From: a candidate division WWE3 bacterium GW2011_GWC2_41_23
Lineage (GTDB): Bacteria; Patescibacteriota; WWE3; UBA101185; UBA10185
NCBI GenBank assembly: GCA_000996895.1
Contig: LCBB01000003.1
Location: 3,659-67,658, forward strand
DNA length: 64,000 nt
Direction of reading: 5' to 3'
A program made the translations under genes and the position numbers. This document shows positions 57,638-64,000 of the stretch, one piece after another (within the stretch, counting starts at the first letter, position 1; each line of letters begins with the position of its first letter). Below the pieces are notes generated by a model. The model worked only from the letters and a program-made list of their open reading frames with translations. It had not been told where the DNA came from and did no database searches.

Positions 57638-59401
57638 ATGCTAAAAACAGAAACAGTTAAAACAGTCGCAGACGTTTTGTACGAAAAAAAGCTGATAAAC
57701 TCGGATCAGCTTGCTGCTATCAAATTTGAAAATGTTAACACCGGTAAAAGTGTTGAGCAGGTTGTAAAAGACCGCGGCTATGTTAAAGCCGAAGATTTCG
57801 CCGAGGCTTTAGGTGTGGTTTACAATGTTCCTTTTATTACCCTTACTGCTGAGCAGGTCGACCCGAGCTTAATGGATCTTGTCCCCTTGAATGTCGCCAA
57901 AAAATACAGATTTGTTCCTTTTGAGCTTAAGGAAAATAAACTTTCCCTGGCGATGATAGACCCTCTTGATCTTCAGACAATCGATTTTATCGAACGTAAA
58001 ACCGGGTACAAGGTTGTCCCTTACATAACTATTGAAAAGACAATTGAAAAAGTTTTGGAAGAACAAAAAGGTAAAGAGCTCGGTGAAGAAATTACGGCTG
58101 CCTTACAGGAAATTACCGAGACCACTTTAAAAATTGAGGAAAGCGGTGGTGAAATTACGGATGCTACCCTGCGCGACGCGCCTATCGCAAGAATAGTTTC
58201 GATGATACTGGAAACTGCTGTTAAAATCGGAGCATCGGACATACACATAGAGCCGGGTGAAGACGGTTCCCGCTTAAGGTACAGGGTCGACGGTATTTTG
58301 GAAGAGAAAAGAAAACTTCCTAAGGAAATGCATGACTCGGTTATAGCGAGAATAAAAATTCTTGCCTCAATGAAGATAGACGAAAAAAGGGTTCCGCAGG
58401 ACGGACGTTTTAAGGTACAGGTCGGAAAAAGCGAAACCGACTTGAGAATTTCTACCCTACCCACTATTTACGGCGAGAAAGTCGTTATCAGGTTATTAAA
58501 AGAAGAAGGTACCGTTTTCTCATTCCGCGATCTTGGTATGCGCGGTTCTACTTTAAAAAGATTTGAAGAAGCCTCTTTGAAACCTAACGGAATGCTTTTG
58601 GTCACAGGTCCTACCGGTTCGGGTAAGACTGTTACTTTGGCTTCCGCTTTAAGTAAATTAAATACTGTCCGCGTTAATATTGTGACACTCGAAGACCCGG
58701 TAGAAATACGGGTGCCCGGTGTTAATCAGGTGCAGGTCAATCCTCAAGCAGGTTTGGATTTTGCCGACGGGCTGAGATCTTTCTTAAGACAGGACCCGAA
58801 CATCATCATGGTTGGTGAAATTCGAGACGGAGACACTGCAGAACTGGCAGTTCACGCTGCTCTCACAGGACACTTGGTCTTGTCTACTCTGCACACAAAT
58901 TCAGCGGCAGGCGCATTGCCCAGGTTATTGGATATGGGAGTTGAAAACTTTTTATTAGCTTCAACTGTTAACGCGATATTGGCACAAAGACTCGTCAGAA
59001 AGATTTGTGTGGATTGCAAGGAAGAATATGAACCTCCCGAGGAAGTTCAGGAGAGTGTTAAGAAAATTGTAGCGGAGATTTCTGAAAATAAAGCGCTGCT
59101 AGCCAGAGACCCCGAAATAACAAAAATTCTAAAAAGCGTATCCGGAAAAGATAAACTTACTCTTTGGCACGGAAAAGGTTGCCCAAAGTGCGGAAATACC
59201 GGATATAGGGGAAGGATTGGTATCTACGAACTTCTTTACATGACTGAAGAAATTTCTCATCTGATTCTTGAAAATGCTCCGTCGAGCAAAATTCACGAAA
59301 CGGCTGTAAAACTTGGAATGCTCACTCTTCTCCAGGATGGTTACCTCAGAATTGTCGAAGGCATAACAACTCTTGAAGAAGTATTGAGAGTTGCCAAGTA
59401 A
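57638..59401 (+). CDS. pilB: type IV pilus assembly ATPase PilB (GspE family)
   Basis: GSPII_E N-domain, GPTGSGKT Walker A, C4 zinc motif CVDC...CPKCGNTGYRGRIGIYELL. Confidence 0.9.
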   Translation: MLKTETVKTVADVLYEKKLINSDQLAAIKFENVNTGKSVEQVVKDRGYVKAEDFAEALGVVYNVPFITLTAEQVDPSLMDLVPLNVAKKYRFVPFELKENKLSLAMIDPLDLQTIDFIERKTGYKVVPYITIEKTIEKVLEEQKGKELGEEITAALQEITETTLKIEESGGEITDATLRDAPIARIVSMILETAVKIGASDIHIEPGEDGSRLRYRVDGILEEKRKLPKEMHDSVIARIKILASMKIDEKRVPQDGRFKVQVGKSETDLRISTLPTIYGEKVVIRLLKEEGTVFSFRDLGMRGSTLKRFEEASLKPNGMLLVTGPTGSGKTVTLASALSKLNTVRVNIVTLEDPVEIRVPGVNQVQVNPQAGLDFADGLRSFLRQDPNIIMVGEIRDGDTAELAVHAALTGHLVLSTLHTNSAAGALPRLLDMGVENFLLASTVNAILAQRLVRKICVDCKEEYEPPEEVQESVKKIVAEISENKALLARDPEITKILKSVSGKDKLTLWHGKGCPKCGNTGYRGRIGIYELLYMTEEISHLILENAPSSKIHETAVKLGMLTLLQDGYLRIVEGITTLEEVLRVAK

Positions 59402-59471
59402 TAAAAGTATGTTCGTATTTGTAGGTATAAAAATAAGGATTTTATTAAAAAAAGGAGAGAATAATTAAAGT

Positions 59472-60545
59472 ATGAAACTTAACGCAACACAATTATTAGA
59501 AAGAGTCGTATCTTTGAATGCTTCGGATTTACACGTGTCGGTGGGGAGTAAACCTTACGTTAGGGTCAAAACTGTTCTTTCGTTGCTTGAGGATTTTGAT
59601 GTACTTACCGTTGATGATGTTGAGTACTTTCTTTCACAAATATTAGATACCCAGCAACGGGAAGTTTTGGAAGTAAATAAAGAACTGGATTTTTCTGTTG
59701 CTCTTGGAACAAAAGCCAGGTTTAGGGTAAATGCTTTTTTCCAAAAAGGATATCCTTCGGCTGCTCTGCGACACATACCTATGTCGGTTCCTTCACTCGA
59801 GGAATTAAATCTACCTCCGTACTTAATGAATTTGTGTCAGCTGAAATCGGGATTGATATTAGTTGTGGGACCTACCGGACACGGTAAATCTACCACTATC
59901 GCTTCAATGATAGACAAAATAAATGAAGGCCGGGCCGAACACATACTGACGGTTGAAGATCCTATCGAATACATTTTTGCAAATAAAAAATCCTTAGTTG
60001 AGCAGAGAGAAATGTTTTTGGATACTCACGATTGGACAGTCGCTCTTAAATCTATGTTACGACAAGATCCTAACGTCATTCTAATCGGTGAAATGAGAGA
60101 TTCGGAAACAATTTCTTCCGCGCTGGAGATTGCGGAAACAGGCCACTTGGTTTTTGCAACTTTACACACGAACTCCGCTTCTCAAACTGTTGAAAGAATC
60201 GTTTCTTCGTTTGCATCTGAAAAACAGAATGAAGTAAGAGTCCAACTTTCGCAGGTGCTTGAAGTGGTCGTCTCTCAGAGACTAATACCCTCCCCCACTA
60301 AAGGTGTAGTTCCCGCCGTGGAAATAATGTTGGGTAGTGACGCAGTGCGAAATTTAATCCGTGAAGGTAAAGCTCACATGATAGATAATATTATCAACAC
60401 AAGCTCCCAAGTAGGAATGGTCAGTTTAGACAGATCAATTGCATATTTGGTTAACAACGGACTTGTGGACTTCCAGGAAGGTATTAAGTACACCCTGAGA
60501 CCTGAAGACTTCAGACGTTTGATAGACTCCAAGATGGTGAAGTAA
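59472..60545 (+). CDS. pilT: twitching motility retraction ATPase PilT
   Basis: GLILVVGPTGHGKSTT, GEMRD, ATLHTNSA. Confidence 0.88.
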   Translation: MKLNATQLLERVVSLNASDLHVSVGSKPYVRVKTVLSLLEDFDVLTVDDVEYFLSQILDTQQREVLEVNKELDFSVALGTKARFRVNAFFQKGYPSAALRHIPMSVPSLEELNLPPYLMNLCQLKSGLILVVGPTGHGKSTTIASMIDKINEGRAEHILTVEDPIEYIFANKKSLVEQREMFLDTHDWTVALKSMLRQDPNVILIGEMRDSETISSALEIAETGHLVFATLHTNSASQTVERIVSSFASEKQNEVRVQLSQVLEVVVSQRLIPSPTKGVVPAVEIMLGSDAVRNLIREGKAHMIDNIINTSSQVGMVSLDRSIAYLVNNGLVDFQEGIKYTLRPEDFRRLIDSKMVK

Positions 60546-60547
60546 GC

Positions 60548-61750
60548 ATGGCAATTTATACATACACAGCTAAAAACATGGCGGGAAAAACAGTCGGCGG
60601 AACTGTTGACGCACGAACCAAAGATCTCGCTGTGTCTCTTCTAAAGGGACAGGGAATGTACGTTATATCCATTCAGGAAAAGAAAGAAACTATTTTTGAC
60701 ACCTTTTTGAATTTCCGCGGGGTTTCCCAGACCGATGTCGTGACTTTTACGCGTCAGTTTTCTACTATGATTTCGGCAGGGCTTCCTATTTCACGCGCCC
60801 TGGAAGTGTTGGCTGCTCAAACGCAGAGTCAGAATTTTAAAAAAGTTATTTACGATATTTTAAGAAATGTTGAAGGGGGCGCCTCTCTTTCTACAGCACT
60901 CGGGAGATATCCGGAGGTGTTTTCTATTACCTACCAGGCATTGGTTAAAGCAGGAGAATCTTCAGGAAAAATGGACATCATTTTAAAAAGACTGGCCGAT
61001 AATATGGAGGCTCAACGGGATCTGAACTCCAGATTTAAAGGCGCAATGATATATCCGATGGTTGTTATGATAGCTATGGTAGGTGTGTTCGTAGTCCTCA
61101 TGGTTTTTGTTGTCCCGCAACTTGCCGAAATGTACAAGAGTATGGATGTTGAACTTCCTCCGGTGACGCAACTAATGATTTCAACATCGGACTTTATGGT
61201 TAAAAATATCATATTGTTAGCTATCGCTACAGCAGCTGCTGTTCTTGTGATTAGATACTACGCAAAAAGTGAAAAAGGAAAGTATTATATGGCGGAGTTG
61301 GTGATGAGACTTCCTGTTTTCGGGAAAATTAATAAGGACAAGGATTTTGCGCAGTTTAGCAAAACATTGGCTTTGCTAATTAATTCTGCAGTACCCATTG
61401 TCGAGGCGTTAGGTATAGTGTCAACTGTTATGTCCAGCCCTACCTTTAGACTAGAAGTATTAAACGCTGCGAGACAAGTCGAAAAAGGAACGTCACTTTC
61501 CAGTTTTTTTAAATCTTCTGAACACTTCCCTCCTCTTTTATCGCAAATGGCAAACGTTGGAGAAGAGACCGGTAAGATGGATGAGGTCTTAGACCGTGTC
61601 GCTACTTATTACGAGGGTGAAGTGGACAATAAAGTAAAAGGATTGTCAGCGGCACTTGAGCCTATCATACTTGTTATATTGGGTGTGATGGTGGGGTTTT
61701 TGATTATCTCGATAATCACACCTATCTATAAGATTACACAGTCTATTTAA
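60548..61750 (+). CDS. pilC: type IV pilus platform protein PilC (GspF family)
   Basis: Two GspF repeats with internal TM helices. Confidence 0.88.
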   Translation: MAIYTYTAKNMAGKTVGGTVDARTKDLAVSLLKGQGMYVISIQEKKETIFDTFLNFRGVSQTDVVTFTRQFSTMISAGLPISRALEVLAAQTQSQNFKKVIYDILRNVEGGASLSTALGRYPEVFSITYQALVKAGESSGKMDIILKRLADNMEAQRDLNSRFKGAMIYPMVVMIAMVGVFVVLMVFVVPQLAEMYKSMDVELPPVTQLMISTSDFMVKNIILLAIATAAAVLVIRYYAKSEKGKYYMAELVMRLPVFGKINKDKDFAQFSKTLALLINSAVPIVEALGIVSTVMSSPTFRLEVLNAARQVEKGTSLSSFFKSSEHFPPLLSQMANVGEETGKMDEVLDRVATYYEGEVDNKVKGLSAALEPIILVILGVMVGFLIISIITPIYKITQSI

Positions 61751-61797
61751 GCAGTTGGTATTTTATTGAGTGAGGAGGTGAAAAGATAAAAACTAAT

Positions 61798-62307
61798 ATG
61801 AGAAAACAAAAAGGTTTTACACTAGTTGAACTTTTGGTTGTTATCGCAATCATCGGTATCTTAGCAGGTGCTTTGTTGGTTGCTATTAATCCTCAGTCGA
61901 TGATCATGAAATCAAACGATGCAAAAAGACTGTCTGATATCGACTCTTTGACTAAAGCAATTAACCTGGCACTAACAGAACAGGAGATTACATTAGGTGT
62001 GACCGGAACTTGTGCGGATTGTACAAGTAATACCGGCGACAGAGATCTCGACGGTTTGGGTTGGGTGAAATACACTATCCCGACAGGAAAGGTCGGACTT
62101 TCAAGGTTTGTTGCCGTGTTACCAATCGATCCGGTTAATGACACAGTTAACGCAGTCGCGCACGTTTACACTTTCGGGTCCTCAGCAACGGATTTTGAAG
62201 TTAACGTCGTATTGCAGCACGCAGATAATCTGTTGAAGATGAGTACGGACGGAGGAAATAACGCCAATGCTTACGAATCCGGTACGAGTTTATTGATACT
62301 TCCTTAG
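61798..62307 (+). CDS. type IV pilin (prepilin with class III signal peptide)
   Basis: MRKQKG|FTLVELLVVIAIIGILAG, with the conserved Glu at +5. Confidence 0.88.
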   Translation: MRKQKGFTLVELLVVIAIIGILAGALLVAINPQSMIMKSNDAKRLSDIDSLTKAINLALTEQEITLGVTGTCADCTSNTGDRDLDGLGWVKYTIPTGKVGLSRFVAVLPIDPVNDTVNAVAHVYTFGSSATDFEVNVVLQHADNLLKMSTDGGNNANAYESGTSLLILP

Positions 62308-62392
62308 TTGGTTGCCGGCAATCAGCGAGAAAGGCTCTCTTATGGGAGCCTTTTTTGTTGTGGAATCGTAAAAAAAGTGCGAGAATTTCCTA

Positions 62393-63283
62393 ATGGTGCT
62401 GACGTTTCTCAACCTCGGAATTATTTTTATTTTCGGAGCAGTTCTCGGTTCTTTTTTGAATCTTGTTTCAGACCGTGTTGTTAAAGGTGAAAAAATAGTT
62501 GCTAGTCACTCAAGATGCGACAAGTGTGGTAAGGAATTAAAAGCTTTAAATCTGATTCCGGTAATTTCATTTTTGGTGCAGAGGGGAAAGTGTTCGTTTT
62601 GTAAAACAGGGCTTTCCTGGTACTACCCTTTTTCCGAGATATTGGCCGGATTTTTATTGGTTTTGGCAGCAATACTATCCAAATTTTCCGTGGTTGATTC
62701 TTTTTCAATCGATTCGTTAATAGGTTTTCTTTTCTTAGTTATTGTGTTTTCATTTTTTGAAATTCTTTTACTCGCGGATCTTAAGTACTTATTAATTCCC
62801 GATAAAATAGTAGTGCCTGCAATAATTTTTGTTGCGTTTTTTCACATATCAACGACGGTGGCTAATTTATATGATTACCGCAATAGATTACAGAACGATG
62901 ATTTCGGAAGGTACCTTCTTAAAGCAGGTTTTTTTGAAAACCAGGTTGGGACAGCTTTACGGGCGCTGGGTTTTAATTTTGGATCTGCTATAGCTATAGC
63001 TCTATTTTTTCTATTTATAGTTTGGGTAACACGCGGCAGGGGTATGGGCGGCGGGGACATCAGGCTTGGTCTATTGGTAGGACTTGTAAACGGATTTCCT
63101 TACAATCTACTGGCAGTGTTTTTGGGATTTTTTATAGGCGCGGTTGTCAGTATAGGTTTAGTAATAACACATAAAAAGACGCTAAAAAGTGTGGTACCAT
63201 TCGGGCCATTTCTTATTTTGGGAAGCTTAATATGTTTTGTCTGGGGGGCTGAAATCTTAAACTGGTATTTCAACTTGTTTTAG
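62393..63283 (+). CDS. pilD: prepilin peptidase PilD (A24 family)
   Basis: N-terminal CxxC...CxxC zinc motif and multiple TM helices with the GGGD(I/V) block. Confidence 0.85.
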   Translation: MVLTFLNLGIIFIFGAVLGSFLNLVSDRVVKGEKIVASHSRCDKCGKELKALNLIPVISFLVQRGKCSFCKTGLSWYYPFSEILAGFLLVLAAILSKFSVVDSFSIDSLIGFLFLVIVFSFFEILLLADLKYLLIPDKIVVPAIIFVAFFHISTTVANLYDYRNRLQNDDFGRYLLKAGFFENQVGTALRALGFNFGSAIAIALFFLFIVWVTRGRGMGGGDIRLGLLVGLVNGFPYNLLAVFLGFFIGAVVSIGLVITHKKTLKSVVPFGPFLILGSLICFVWGAEILNWYFNLF

Positions 63284-64000
63284 ACTGACCCCGAGCTTTT
63301 TAATTTTATTTTTCGGAAGTGTGATCCAAAAAGTGCTTCCCATTCCCATGCCTTCAGAGTCGGCTCCTACCATTCCCCCCATTCCGTGTATGTAAAGTTT
63401 TACTATGTACAGGCCTAATCCGGTACCGCCGGAGTCTGTTGCAATAGTATAGCTGTTATCGATTCTTCCGAATTTATGGAACAGTTTGGGAAGGTCTTTT
63501 TTGTCTATGCCGGATCCCGTGTCTTTAATAGAAATTCTGTAAAATTCTTCATACTCATCTATGGATATTGTTATAATTCCGTCTTTCGTAAATTTCACCG
63601 CATTTTCAACCAGGTTTGTGAAGACATCCCGGAGCTTTTCAGAATCGGCGTCCACAAGAATTTCAGTGGAAGGAGGATTAAATTCTATTTTTAAATTCTT
63701 CTCACCCACTCTGATATCGAAGTTGGATACAACATCTTTTATGGTGTTAATCAAATTGAGCTGGGTAATGGAGAAAGAAACTTTTTTTCTCTCAAATTTC
63801 GAAATATCCAACATGTCGTTTATTAATGAAATCATTCTCTGGGTGCCCACAAGAGCTTTGTTAAGGTACTCAAGTTGCTTTTGATTAAGCTTTCCGGCTT
63901 TTTGTTTTTCTAACATCCACAGGTAGCTTTTTACTATTGTCATTGGAGTTCTAAGCTCATGAGAGGCGACCGAAAGAAATTCGTCCTTTAGTGTATTTAG
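63257..64000 (-). CDS. sensor histidine kinase (5' end beyond window)
   Basis: H-box reads SHELRTPMT when continued past the track ORF. HATPase_c motifs NLVENAVKFT, DTGSGI, GGTGLGL. Confidence 0.8.
   Translation of the reverse strand, partial: LNTLKDEFLSVASHELRTPMTIVKSYLWMLEKQKAGKLNQKQLEYLNKALVGTQRMISLINDMLDISKFERKKVSFSITQLNLINTIKDVVSNFDIRVGEKNLKIEFNPPSTEILVDADSEKLRDVFTNLVENAVKFTKDGIITISIDEYEEFYRISIKDTGSGIDKKDLPKLFHKFGRIDNSYTIATDSGGTGLGLYIVKLYIHGMGGMVGADSEGMGMGSTFWITLPKNKIKKLGVSLKQVEIPV

Noticed and set aside
1-64000. CRISPR arrays, rRNA genes, transposases/IS elements
   Set aside because: No short regularly spaced repeats, rRNA signatures, or DDE/HTH transposase-like ORFs were seen. The only repeats are the tRNA-associated ones reported above.

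Overview
This 64-kb window looks like a compact, gene-dense bacterial chromosome segment, mostly core housekeeping genes with a small accessory island at its left end. Short intergenic gaps, frequent GTG/TTG starts, minimal versions of core proteins (short EF-Ts, short YebC), the missing pyrH in rpsB-tsf-frr, and a complete type IV pilus operon suggest a small-genome organism, possibly a Patescibacteria/CPR-type bacterium; that is inference only.

Core genes present include rpmB, def-fmt, topA, rpsB-tsf-frr-rseP, rpsU-yqeY-ybeY-pth, dnaX-recR, cysS, ychF, rpsF-ssb-rpsR, ctpA, htrA, prfA, rpmE, dnaB, efp, an lgt-like/lspA/rluD lipoprotein-maturation locus, yebC-ruvC, a Xer-type tyrosine recombinase, a guaB-like gene, rnhB, gyrA, an H+-pyrophosphatase, gyrB, holB, pilB-pilT-pilC-pilin-pilD, and a sensor kinase.

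The most interesting finding is a small island (about 240-2190) downstream of the 3' end of a tRNA-Thr(UGU) gene. It is bracketed by a 28-bp direct repeat that duplicates the tRNA 3' end. Inside it is an unannotated 39-aa ORF (1869..1988, minus strand) with its own promoter and a strong SD, followed by an attenuator-like hairpin and a RimK/MdnC-like ATP-grasp ligase. This reads as a graspetide (microviridin-like) RiPP biosynthetic cluster. The six-frame track misses the precursor, presumably because it is under 60 aa.

Other observations worth a second look:
- tandem partial duplications at the 5' sides of both tRNA-Thr and tRNA-Leu;
- a frameshift and small deletion at the 5' end of topA;
- an efp gene that appears to have lost its N-terminal codons next to tRNA-Leu;
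- an Lgt-like membrane domain fused to a DksA/TraR-type zinc finger, separated from a truncated lspA by a single in-frame TAA;
- a VirD4/TraG-like coupling ATPase;
- a large Cys-rich secreted protein next to a PilX-like gene;
- an 830-bp ORF-free AT-rich region upstream of the Xer recombinase.

No CRISPR array or rRNA was seen.
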